This document shows, piece by piece, positions 9,272-17,257 of a DNA stretch of 40,532 bases. The first letter of the stretch is position 1, and each line of letters begins with the position of its first letter. The DNA lies in NCBI GenBank assembly GCA_029858565.1, contig JAOUEV010000031.1, positions 1 to 40,532 of the forward strand, given 5' to 3'. This stretch comes from Nitrospirota bacterium. GTDB lineage: Bacteria > Nitrospirota > UBA9217. Both the position numbers and the translations under genes were made by a program. The notes under the pieces are model-generated. The model worked only from the letters and a program-made list of their open reading frames with translations. It had not been told where the DNA came from and made no database searches.

Positions 9272-10564
9272 CTATCCTTTCACTCCGGTGACAATATATA
9301 TGGGATTGAGCGCGCTCATCAATCGCTTGCCAGCCACCGGCTTGGAGCGGGAGACCGATATCTCCGACACCTCCGCGCTGTACCCGCATGCTTCGAGAGA
9401 TGCAAGCGCTTCCTGCAGCGTTTCCAGGGTCGCCGCATTGATCACGATGATGCCGGACGTCATCTTTTCCTGAATGTATCGCACGATATCGCTCAGGTTC
9501 CCCCCGCTCCCGCCGATGAACACCCGGTCCGGAGCTGCAAGCCCGGACAGGGCGTCCGGCGCTGTTCCCCGGACGATATCGTAGTTCCTTATGCCACAGG
9601 ATGCGCGGTTGGCCTTCAGGTGGCCGATCTGCTCATCATCCCGCTCAACGGCAATGACCTTGAGTCCCGGGACCATTCGTGCCGCTTCGATGGAGACCGA
9701 ACCGGATCCCGCGCCGATGTCCCACAGCACGCCCTGCTCCGGCAGGCGCAGTTTATGGATCGACACAGCCCGCACTTCGTCCTTGGTGATCAAACCGCGA
9801 GAATGGGAAAGCTCCTGTTCCTTCAGCCCGAATCTCGCGTTGCCTGTCTTTTGTCCCTTGTCGCTCGTCTCTTGTCGCTGCAAGATCACCACATTGGGAT
9901 CAGCGAACTGCATGGCCACGGCCTGTTCAACGGTCCCTGACCAGACGCGTTCTTCAGGATACCCGAGCTTCTCGCAGACATGCATGAGAAGTGCGGAGTG
10001 CGAAGTGCGGAGTGAGGAGTGAAGAACTCGCGCTATTTGAGAGGGATTGTTCTGCTTATCCGTCAGCACGGCAAGTTTTCCGAACCGTTCGAGAAGCCGG
10101 GGAATATCATCGACTTCATAGGGAAGCTTCCGCCGTTTTGCGATATCCGGTCCGCCATGCACGCTGATGCAGAAGGCGTCGTCCCAGGGAAGATTGACCC
10201 GGCTAAAGGCCACCTGCATGCTCGACAGGTCAGGCAGGACCTCCACCCGGTCGCTCCCGAACTCCTCGATCATGCGCCTGCCGATGCCGAAGAAGAACGG
10301 GTCGCCGGAAGCGAGGAGAACAACCGCACCTGGTTCGTTGTTCCCGGCACTCAGTTTATCCCTAATGAAAGCTATCGTCTCCGGCACCTTGTCGATGACC
10401 TTGATGCGGTCTTTTACAGCCTCATACTCGGCATAGCGCTTGAACACGTCGAGCAGTCGGGACGAGGTCAGCAGCACACCGGCTCCACCGACCGTTTCTA
10501 TCGCTTTCTCGCTCAGGGGGCGATAACCGATACCGACAAGAATGAGCCTACCTGCTTTCGGCAA
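9272..10564 (-). CDS. cbiET: CbiE-CbiT fusion (cobalt-precorrin-7/6B methyltransferases, CobL-like)
   Basis: LASGDPFFFGIG, GLITKDEVRAV, WDIGAGSGSVSIE and PDRVFIGGSGG. Probable TTG start at 10564 with an AAGGAG RBS. Confidence 0.93.
   Translation of the reverse strand: MPKAGRLILVGIGYRPLSEKAIETVGGAGVLLTSSRLLDVFKRYAEYEAVKDRIKVIDKVPETIAFIRDKLSAGNNEPGAVVLLASGDPFFFGIGRRMIEEFGSDRVEVLPDLSSMQVAFSRVNLPWDDAFCISVHGGPDIAKRRKLPYEVDDIPRLLERFGKLAVLTDKQNNPSQIARVLHSSLRTSHSALLMHVCEKLGYPEERVWSGTVEQAVAMQFADPNVVILQRQETSDKGQKTGNARFGLKEQELSHSRGLITKDEVRAVSIHKLRLPEQGVLWDIGAGSGSVSIEAARMVPGLKVIAVERDDEQIGHLKANRASCGIRNYDIVRGTAPDALSGLAAPDRVFIGGSGGNLSDIVRYIQEKMTSGIIVINAATLETLQEALASLEACGYSAEVSEISVSRSKPVAGKRLMSALNPIYIVTGVKG
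9844..9878. repeat. In-frame heptamer array, family B (TTGTC[GT]C-like), in the CbiE/CbiT linker (RQETSDKGQKT)
   Basis: ctgtctt ttgtccc ttgtcgc tcgtctc ttgtcgc. Confidence 0.8.
9990..10024. repeat. In-frame heptamer array, family A, reverse orientation, in CbiE (LHSSLRTSHSAL)
   Basis: agtgcgg agtgcga agtgcgg agtgagg agtgaag. Confidence 0.9.
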
Positions 10565-11702
10565 TGATCTCTCCTTCATAGGACACAAGGTGAATAGACA
10601 CGGGAACACCTCCGGTCACTGTTTCGCAATACCTCTTGGCTGCTTTACAAACAAGCCCGATCGAAGACCGGGGATCATGGGCCGTCGTATTGACCAGGTC
10701 AAATATCTCACGGGTCGTATTGAACTCCCGGTCCTTCGGCAGATCCATCCCCAGGGACACCAGGTAATCCCGTGCAGCCTGCGCTTCCAGCGCACCGTGA
10801 CGGACATGTGTCTCGGGCGTTCCCATGGCGATCTTGACCATCTTGGCCCACTGCGCGCACAGATGGACCTTCCGGAAGCCGTGCTTTTTCGCGTCCGCAA
10901 GCGAGAACTCGGCGAAGTCACCCATCATGGCATAGGCTTCGGCCGGAAATGCATATTTCTTCTGGTGGGCCTTCTCCGATGTCCTTCCGGTCGACACCAC
11001 GACCTCGCCGATGCCCTGCGCCTTTGCCACGTCGAACGACGCGGTGATCGTCGCTGTCCAGGCGGCCTCCGACAGCGGCTTGACAATGCCCGTGGTCCCG
11101 AGGATCGAGATTCCGCCAATGATGCCAAGGCGGTGGTTCAGCGTCTTCTTTGCCAGTTCCTCGCCCTGGGGAACGGAGATCGTTATTTCCAAGTGCGAAG
11201 TGCGGAGTGCGGAGTGCGGAATGTCAGTCTTGCATTCACTCACCGCCTCTTGTACCGCAGCAAGGATCATCTTTCTCGGTACTGGATTAATAGCCGCTTC
11301 CCCGACGGGAATCGCAAGACCGGGTTTCGTAACAGTTCCCACGCCTCTTCCGCCTTTTACGTTTATTATCGCTGCATCGCCACTCTGCTCTCCGCATACC
11401 GCGCTTCGCACTTCTGCTACTATCTCTGCGCCATTCGTGATATCCGGATCATCGCCCGCGTCTTTGATCACTGATGCTCGCGCAAACTGTACGCCGTTGT
11501 CAATTCCGCACTCCGCACTCAGAACTCCGAACTGAATCCTGCTGCCGTCCGGAAATGGAATGGTGACTGATTCGATGCGGACGTTACTCCGCACTCCGCA
11601 CTCCGCGCTCCGCACTAGCAACAGCGTCGCCGCCTTCGCTGCCGCAGCAGCGCAGGCGCCCGTTGTGTAGCCGGACCTCAGTTGTTTACTTTTCGATCCC
11701 AC
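10548..11702 (-). CDS. cbiD: Cobalt-precorrin-5B C1-methyltransferase CbiD, carrying four heptamer arrays
   Basis: LRSGYTTGACAAAA, KDAGDDPDITNG, GVGTVTKPGL, AINPVPR and LGIIGGISILGTTGIV. Confidence 0.96.
   Translation of the reverse strand: MGSKSKQLRSGYTTGACAAAAAKAATLLLVRSAECGVRSNVRIESVTIPFPDGSRIQFGVLSAECGIDNGVQFARASVIKDAGDDPDITNGAEIVAEVRSAVCGEQSGDAAIINVKGGRGVGTVTKPGLAIPVGEAAINPVPRKMILAAVQEAVSECKTDIPHSALRTSHLEITISVPQGEELAKKTLNHRLGIIGGISILGTTGIVKPLSEAAWTATITASFDVAKAQGIGEVVVSTGRTSEKAHQKKYAFPAEAYAMMGDFAEFSLADAKKHGFRKVHLCAQWAKMVKIAMGTPETHVRHGALEAQAARDYLVSLGMDLPKDREFNTTREIFDLVNTTAHDPRSSIGLVCKAAKRYCETVTGGVPVSIHLVSYEGEIIAESR
11192..11224. repeat. In-frame heptamer array, family A, reverse orientation, in CbiD (IPHSALRTSHL)
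   Basis: agtgcga agtgcgg agtgcgg agtgcgg aatgt. Confidence 0.9.
11381..11415. repeat. Degenerate in-frame heptamer array, family A, in CbiD (EVRSAVCGEQSG)
   Basis: cactctg ctctccg cataccg cgcttcg cacttct. Confidence 0.7.
11502..11536. repeat. In-frame heptamer array, family A, in CbiD (QFGVLSAECGI)
   Basis: aattccg cactccg cactcag aactccg aactgaa. Confidence 0.85.
11585..11616. repeat. In-frame heptamer array, family A, in CbiD (VRSAECGVRS)
   Basis: tactccg cactccg cactccg cgctccg cact. Confidence 0.9.
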
Positions 11703-12204
11703 GCCGCGCCTGTGTCCCCTTGCTCCAGTAGTGCCTGATCTCTTTCATTTCCGTCACCAGGTCCGCGGCGTCCATGATCCTCTTGTCCGCGTACCTGCCG
11801 GTGATCACCAGTTCCACATCCTTCGGCCTGCTCTGCATGATGTCCAGAAGTTCCTCGACCGACAGGAGCCCGCAATGGACCGCAACGTTCGCTTCGTCCA
11901 TGATGACCAGATCGTACTGACGCTCCCGGAGCGCATCTCTGACCTCTTCATAGCCTTTTCGCGCTGCCCGCAGGTCCGCGACCCCTGGTTTGCGTCCGAT
12001 CAGCAGACCCTTGCCGTATTGCCGGACCGTGATGCTGTCCTCGAACCGTTCCAGTGCATGGTGCTCGCTCGTCCGCCTGCTCTTGATGAACTGAGCGATG
12101 AAGACCTTCATCCCTGCTCCTGCCGCCCTCACCGCCAGCCCCAGGGCAGCCGTGGTCTTGCCCTTGCCGTTACCGGTATAGACTTGGACGAATCCTTTAC
12201 GCAT
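11686..12204 (-). CDS. cobO: Cob(I)yrinic acid a,c-diamide adenosyltransferase (CobO/BtuR)
   Basis: VQVYTGNGKGKTTAALGLA, QFIK, ELVITGR and ADLVTEM. Confidence 0.96.
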   Translation of the reverse strand: MRKGFVQVYTGNGKGKTTAALGLAVRAAGAGMKVFIAQFIKSRRTSEHHALERFEDSITVRQYGKGLLIGRKPGVADLRAARKGYEEVRDALRERQYDLVIMDEANVAVHCGLLSVEELLDIMQSRPKDVELVITGRYADKRIMDAADLVTEMKEIRHYWSKGTQARRGIEK

Positions 12205-13048
12205 GTCGTTCCTCCAGCGTCCTCAGTATCTCCCTCCGCGCTTCGCCGATCGTCAGCGGAACGCGTTCGAACCCGACGCCGTCCTCGTGCTTCAGCCGGT
12301 AAATAAGCTCTGCCATCTGCGGCAACCTAAGCTTCACGTTCTGCATAGTCTCCGGCGCGGTGAACACTTCTTCGGGAGTGCCGCTCCGGGCGATCTTCCC
12401 CTTGCTCAGGATGAACAGCCGCGACAGGAACAACGGCACGAGATCCACGCTGTGGGTCGCCATCACCACGGTCACGCCGCGTTCCCGGTTCAGCTTCATC
12501 AGCAGGTTCATCATCCGGTATTCGCCCATGGGATCGAGCCCCGCCGTGGGCTCGTCGAGCAGCAGGATCTCATGGCCCATGGCGAGCAGCCCGGCGATGC
12601 AGACCCGCTTCCGCTGTCCGAAGCTCAGATGATGGATCGATTTCTTCGCAAGGCCCTCCATGTCCACCTGCTGCAGCGCCGATAGCGCGCGCTGCCTGAC
12701 CTCGCTGTCCGAAAAGCCCATGTTCTGCGGCCCAAAGGACACGTCCTCGAGCACCGTGGGTGCAAAAAGCTGCTCGTCAGGATTCTGGAAAACAAGACCG
12801 ACCTTTGCATAGATCTGCTTTGGCGAAAGCTTGCGCACATCACTCCCGTCAAGAAGCACCGATCCCTTATAGTCCTTTATCAAGCCGTCCATGACCTTCA
12901 GCAACGTGGTCTTGCCCGATCCGTTCGATCCGAGAATGCCGAGGAATTCTCCTTTGCGCACATCAAGAGCGATGTTGCCGAGGGCCTGCGTACCGTCGGC
13001 ATAGGAGAATACATCGATATTCACCGCCAGCCTGGCTAGATCTTCCAT
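12197..13048 (-). CDS. cbiO: Cobalt ECF transporter ATPase
   Basis: GSNGSGKTT, VFQNPDEQLF, LSFGQRKR and LLLDEPT. Likely ATG at 13048. Confidence 0.92.
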   Translation of the reverse strand: MEDLARLAVNIDVFSYADGTQALGNIALDVRKGEFLGILGSNGSGKTTLLKVMDGLIKDYKGSVLLDGSDVRKLSPKQIYAKVGLVFQNPDEQLFAPTVLEDVSFGPQNMGFSDSEVRQRALSALQQVDMEGLAKKSIHHLSFGQRKRVCIAGLLAMGHEILLLDEPTAGLDPMGEYRMMNLLMKLNRERGVTVVMATHSVDLVPLFLSRLFILSKGKIARSGTPEEVFTAPETMQNVKLRLPQMAELIYRLKHEDGVGFERVPLTIGEARREILRTLEERHA

Positions 13049-13788
13049 AACACTCCCAGGCAAATGAGCAGGACCATCGTCATCGCGACTTCATGCAATC
13101 TGAAGGGTTTATGCTTCAGCATCGGCATGGTCCCGTCATACCCCCGCTGCATCATGGCCACGGTGGTGCTCTGGCTGTGATCAAAGGCCTTGATCGTGAG
13201 CGATCCCGCCAATGTGCCGAAGGAGCTTAAGCCCCGCCTCAGGGTCGAATACCCGAGCCGGTTCTTCTGTGCCTGATAGATCACCTGGGCGTCATCAAAG
13301 AGCACGAAGATATACCGGTATGCGAACATCAGTATCTCGACAAATCCTTTAGGGACCCGGAACCAGGAAAGACCGGCGATGAATTCGGCAAAAGGCGTGG
13401 AAAATCCCAGGAGCGCTATCAGCGACACAGCGCTGACGATCCTGTTCGCGATCTGCAGCCCCTCCAGGAATCCGTCCCGATAACCGTTGATCGCAATCCC
13501 CATAAATTGCGCTGAAAACATCGGGTCTTTGCCCGCGAAGAGCAACTTGACCGCAATAATGACTGCAGCAATGAACAGCGGCTCGGAATATCGAAGCAAT
13601 AATACGCGAAGACGAACGCCCATCCCGAATGTGAGAATAAGACAGATCAGCGTTACCAAACCGGGGAAAGCGAATCCCCGATAGCTCAGGATCATCGCCA
13701 GTATCACCAGGGCGGAAAGAATCTTGACCCGCGCATCGATCCGCGCAAGAGCGTGATCAATCCGGCTATGTTCTGTCAGCACATGCAT
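13036..13788 (-). CDS. cbiQ: Cobalt ECF transporter T component
   Basis: IDARVK, AYRYIFVL, QAQKNRLG and AMMQRGYDG; hydrophobic. Confidence 0.92.
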   Translation of the reverse strand: MHVLTEHSRIDHALARIDARVKILSALVILAMILSYRGFAFPGLVTLICLILTFGMGVRLRVLLLRYSEPLFIAAVIIAVKLLFAGKDPMFSAQFMGIAINGYRDGFLEGLQIANRIVSAVSLIALLGFSTPFAEFIAGLSWFRVPKGFVEILMFAYRYIFVLFDDAQVIYQAQKNRLGYSTLRRGLSSFGTLAGSLTIKAFDHSQSTTVAMMQRGYDGTMPMLKHKPFRLHEVAMTMVLLICLGVLWKI

Positions 13789-13816
13789 AAAGCCTTTCGT
13801 ATCTTGATCATATCAT

Positions 13817-14119
13817 CTACCCCTGTGAAGCCTTCTGCTGCTCTCCGCCGGCAAACCGGGGCTTCTCAGTCACCAGCACGCGCCAGTAGTATCCGGCAGC
13901 GAATCCGCCGACTGCTCCGGCCATCAGGAATACGAACAGGAGAAGATCGCCCTGGTCCGTATTGATGATCGGATCACGAGGCTCCCTTCCCTGCTCCTTG
14001 GCGTATTTCTCGACCACGGACTCGTCCACACCTGCCCATTTTTCAGAAGCAGTGACGTGTGACGAGAGACAAGCGACAAGCAGAAACAGCAAAAGACAGA
14101 TCCGCACTCGGAATTTCAT
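13817..14119 (-). CDS. cbiN: Small cobalt transport accessory protein (CbiN-like)
   Basis: Signal peptide, KWAGVDESVVEKYA and a C-terminal TM helix GDLLLFVFLMAGAVGGFAAGYYW. Lies between cbiM and cbiQ. Confidence 0.75.
   Translation of the reverse strand: MKFRVRICLLLFLLVACLSSHVTASEKWAGVDESVVEKYAKEQGREPRDPIINTDQGDLLLFVFLMAGAVGGFAAGYYWRVLVTEKPRFAGGEQQKASQG
14051..14080. repeat. In-frame heptamer array, family B, within the CbiN signal peptide (LVACLSSHVT)
   Basis: agtgacg tgtgacg agagaca agcgaca ag. Confidence 0.8.
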
Positions 14120-14862
14120 ATCGCCACCTCCTCCGGTTTGAGCACGCGCATTTTGACGAGAAGGTCCGGCCGCTTCTTGTACAACAGAACGACCATGCCT
14201 GCGGTCATCGCCCCTTCAAGGATCCCCAGCGGCAGCTGCGTGGGGATGAACGCAAGCAGGATCTTTCCGAAGAGCGGCAGGAAATCCGAGTCGCCGCGAA
14301 TGCCTGCTGCAAGCTCCGCCGCTGTGCTTGCATAGGTCGCCCAGTCGGCAAAAAGACCGGCCATAAACCCTGCAATCAAAAGGTTGGCCTTCAGCGCCCT
14401 CATCGTTCGAAAGGTAATATAACCTGCAAAAGAGCCCACGACCCCCATGGACAGGATATTCGCCCCCCAGGTGCTCAGGCCACCGTGGGAAAGAAAGAGC
14501 GCCTGGATCAGGAGCGCCACAGCGCCCACAAGGGTGCTTATTGCCGGACCAAGCAGGATTCCCGATATCCCTGTCCCGCAGGGATGGGAACAGGTGCCGG
14601 CTGTAGGAACAGGAATCGGCATGCAGGAGATAATGAACACAACCGCCGCCATAAGACCAACAAGGGGCTTGAACGAGAGATCATCTTTTGACAGCTTTTT
14701 GAGCTGATAGAGGCCGAAAGCCATAAAGGGCAACACGACCAGGAACCAGGCAACGGCCCAGTTAAAAGGCAGAATTCCCTCGGATATATGCATGGCATGA
14801 GCGTCAGAGACGAGCGACAAGTGACAAGAGACAAGCAAAAGCGCCATAAAAACATATCGCAT
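14116..14862 (-). CDS. cbiM: Cobalt ECF transporter S component with signal peptide
   Basis: AHA/MHISEGILP, GTCSHPCGTG, HGGLSTWGAN and FIPTQLPLGILEG. Confidence 0.95.
   Translation of the reverse strand: MRYVFMALLLVSCHLSLVSDAHAMHISEGILPFNWAVAWFLVVLPFMAFGLYQLKKLSKDDLSFKPLVGLMAAVVFIISCMPIPVPTAGTCSHPCGTGISGILLGPAISTLVGAVALLIQALFLSHGGLSTWGANILSMGVVGSFAGYITFRTMRALKANLLIAGFMAGLFADWATYASTAAELAAGIRGDSDFLPLFGKILLAFIPTQLPLGILEGAMTAGMVVLLYKKRPDLLVKMRVLKPEEVAI
14806..14835. repeat. In-frame heptamer array, family B, within the CbiM signal peptide (LVSCHLSLVS)
   Basis: agagacg agcgaca agtgaca agagaca ag. Confidence 0.85.
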
Positions 14863-15878
14863 TATCCTATACCTCCGGCAACTTTGAGTAAAGCATTCAC
14901 GATCGCTACTGCCGCGGGCGTACCGCCCTTTCTTCCCAAAGCAGTGATAAAAGGGAACTGCTGCTCTGCTAGCAGCGCCTTGGACTCAACCGCCTTCACG
15001 AATCCCACGGGCACGCCGACAACCAACAGTTCGGAGTTGCGAGTTCTGAGTTCCGAGTTCAGAAGTTCAATCGTTTTCAAAAGTGCGGTCGGTGCATTCC
15101 CGATGACAACAATGCCGATATTAGGATTTTCCTTGAAAGCTTTCTCAATCCCCAGCTCTGCCCTGGTTTTCCCTTCGGGCACCTGTTCATTCGATTCCCG
15201 CCCCTGCGCTCCGGTGTTCTGTATCGCGCAGATCACCTTACCTCCCCACGGATGCATCCACTTCTTGTTAATCCCTGTCCTGACCATCTCAACGTCAGTC
15301 AGGATATCCCTCCCTGCTTTGATCGCAGCAAGGCCGGCAGCAACGGCATCAGGATGAAAGGTCAGCGTGTCCTTGAAATCGAAATCCGCGGTCGCATGGA
15401 TCACCCGCTGCACGATCGGCAAGCGGTCAGCCGGGATCTTGCCCAGGTCCGCTTCAGCGGAAAGGATGTCGAAGCTCCGTTTCTCGATCGCCGCAGGCGC
15501 GAGCGGGTCAGCTGCGCTGATCCTTTCGAGCGCGATATGAGCAAGCTTTTCATGGATCCCGAGCGGCTCGGTGTAGATGAACTGCACGCCGGGATAGGCT
15601 GCGCGAGCCTCGTCGATCATTTCGGGAATGTCCTTGGTCACATGCTGTCCCGCGGTCAAAAAGAACGGGTGCAGGATCACCTTTTTCGCGCCGTCGCCGA
15701 CCGCCTGCTTTATTGCATCAGGGATCTTCGGAGCGGCAAACTCCATGTACGCGACGCGAACGCAGGTTTCCGCACAGCCGGGATGTATCAGCCGGTGGAG
15801 GATGCCTGCCACCTGGTCGAGCTGATTCGCGTCCTTCTTCGGGCTGCCGTGGCCGAGCAGCAAAATACAGTCTTTCAT
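14862..15878 (-). CDS. cbiX-cbiC: CbiX-CbiC fusion (sirohydrochlorin cobaltochelatase / cobalt-precorrin-8 methylmutase)
   Basis: MKDCILLLGHGS, AYMEF.P and PFFLTAGQHVTKDIP (CbiX). IEKRSF, RVIHATADF, IGNAPTAL, PVGFV and GRKGG (CbiC). ATG at 15878. Confidence 0.93.
   Translation of the reverse strand: MKDCILLLGHGSPKKDANQLDQVAGILHRLIHPGCAETCVRVAYMEFAAPKIPDAIKQAVGDGAKKVILHPFFLTAGQHVTKDIPEMIDEARAAYPGVQFIYTEPLGIHEKLAHIALERISAADPLAPAAIEKRSFDILSAEADLGKIPADRLPIVQRVIHATADFDFKDTLTFHPDAVAAGLAAIKAGRDILTDVEMVRTGINKKWMHPWGGKVICAIQNTGAQGRESNEQVPEGKTRAELGIEKAFKENPNIGIVVIGNAPTALLKTIELLNSELRTRNSELLVVGVPVGFVKAVESKALLAEQQFPFITALGRKGGTPAAVAIVNALLKVAGGIG
15027..15061. repeat. In-frame heptamer array (GAGTTCN, family A variant, reverse orientation) in CbiC (LNSELRTRNSEL)
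   Basis: cagttcg gagttgc gagttct gagttcc gagttca. Confidence 0.85.
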
Positions 15879-15882
15879 TCCT

Positions 15883-17238
15883 TCACTTCTCCCTGACGTA
15901 TGAAATAAATTGCGATGCGCACCGGGCATCACTTCCGAAATGCAGGTGGATATAGCTTGCCAGCGTCCGTTTGTACCGGAACCCCTCATCCGGCAAAGCT
16001 TTTCCCCTGCTGTCCGTCACCTGGTATGCACTTCCGGCGTTTACGCCCACGATCTCCGAATAGTGGAATTCGTGGCCTCTCCGAACGTCTCCGGCCCTGC
16101 CGATAATGCTGTCCTCCCGCAGAGCGACTGCGCGATATCCCAGACGAGGCTTGCCAAGCATCCTGGTCTCGAAGGGGAATATCCCGGCCATGGGGAATTT
16201 CACGCCATCCCCTGTTATTGCCTGGGACAGGTACATCAACCCGCCGCATTCTGCGTACATGGCGTTGCCTGACTCGGCCCAGTTGCGGACCGACGCGCGC
16301 ATGGACTCGTTGCGCGATAGCGCTTCGGCATGCAGTTCCGGGTACCCGCCGCCGAAATAGACCGCATCGGCATCGGGAATTGCCTCGTCCGCCAGAGGGC
16401 TGAAATGAATGATCTTGGCGCCTCCGGCGCGAAGCATATCAAGGTTGTCTTCGTAGTAGAAACTGAATGCCCTGTCCCGCGCAATTGCAATCCGCACCGG
16501 TTTGCCGTTCTTCGCGTCCTCCGCGCCTTCTCGGTTATCATTTTCCTTGTTTCTGTTTCCAGCATTTTGAATGATTTTATCGATATTGATACGTTCAAGC
16601 ATGACGTCCGCAAGCCTCGACAGACTTTCCTTGCCGAGCGGATTTTCCTCAACGGTCGTCAGCCCCAGGTGGCGGTGCGGGATTTCGAAGTTCAGGTCGC
16701 GAGGCAAATAGCCAAGCACAGGAATATCACGGACGCTGTTCTTCACTCTCTCGAAATGGCTTTCTGAAGCAACCCGGTTGAATATCACGCCAGCGAAATA
16801 AATTGGCTCTTGTCTTCCTCCGCACTCCGCACTCCGCACTCCGCACTCGACAAAGCCGCGAACCACCGCACCCGCGCTCTCCGCCATGCCATAGGCATCC
16901 ACAACAAGTACCACAGGCAGATCCAACAAAGCCGCAAGTGTTGCCGTACTTCGGTCGCCGTCATAAAGCCCCATAACGCCCTCGACAACCGCGATGTCCG
17001 ATCCGGCGGCATGCTTCGCAAAGCATGCTTTCACATAATCGGGACCGCACATCCAGAGATCGAGATTCCGGGATATCTGATCAGCAGCCAAACGATGCAG
17101 TCCCGCATCGATGAAGTCCGGACCGGCCTTGAAGGGTTGAACCGCAAGCCCCTTTTTCCGCAAGGCGGCCATGAGGCCGAGCGTCACCGTGGTCTTCCCG
17201 GATCCGCTGTGAGTGCCTGCGACAACTATGCCGCCCAT
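15883..17238 (-). CDS. cbiA: Cobyrinate a,c-diamide synthase
   Basis: GTHSGSGKTT, FKAGPDFID, VEGVMGLYDG, PHRHLGL, GGGYPELH, AECGGLMYL and GHEFHYS. Confidence 0.96.
   Translation of the reverse strand: MGGIVVAGTHSGSGKTTVTLGLMAALRKKGLAVQPFKAGPDFIDAGLHRLAADQISRNLDLWMCGPDYVKACFAKHAAGSDIAVVEGVMGLYDGDRSTATLAALLDLPVVLVVDAYGMAESAGAVVRGFVECGVRSAECGGRQEPIYFAGVIFNRVASESHFERVKNSVRDIPVLGYLPRDLNFEIPHRHLGLTTVEENPLGKESLSRLADVMLERINIDKIIQNAGNRNKENDNREGAEDAKNGKPVRIAIARDRAFSFYYEDNLDMLRAGGAKIIHFSPLADEAIPDADAVYFGGGYPELHAEALSRNESMRASVRNWAESGNAMYAECGGLMYLSQAITGDGVKFPMAGIFPFETRMLGKPRLGYRAVALREDSIIGRAGDVRRGHEFHYSEIVGVNAGSAYQVTDSRGKALPDEGFRYKRTLASYIHLHFGSDARCASQFISYVREK
16818..16850. repeat. In-frame heptamer array, family A, in CbiA (VECGVRSAECG)
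   Basis: ctccgca x4 perfect, then ctcga. Confidence 0.92.
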
Positions 17239-17257
17239 GAGATATCATGCTCCTTCA

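Noticed and set aside
10659-10690. Faint 7-nt periodicity in late cbiD (gatcgaa gaccggg gatcatg ggccgtc) and near 10330-10356 in cbiE
   Set aside because: Too degenerate to distinguish from chance by eye, so not counted as arrays.
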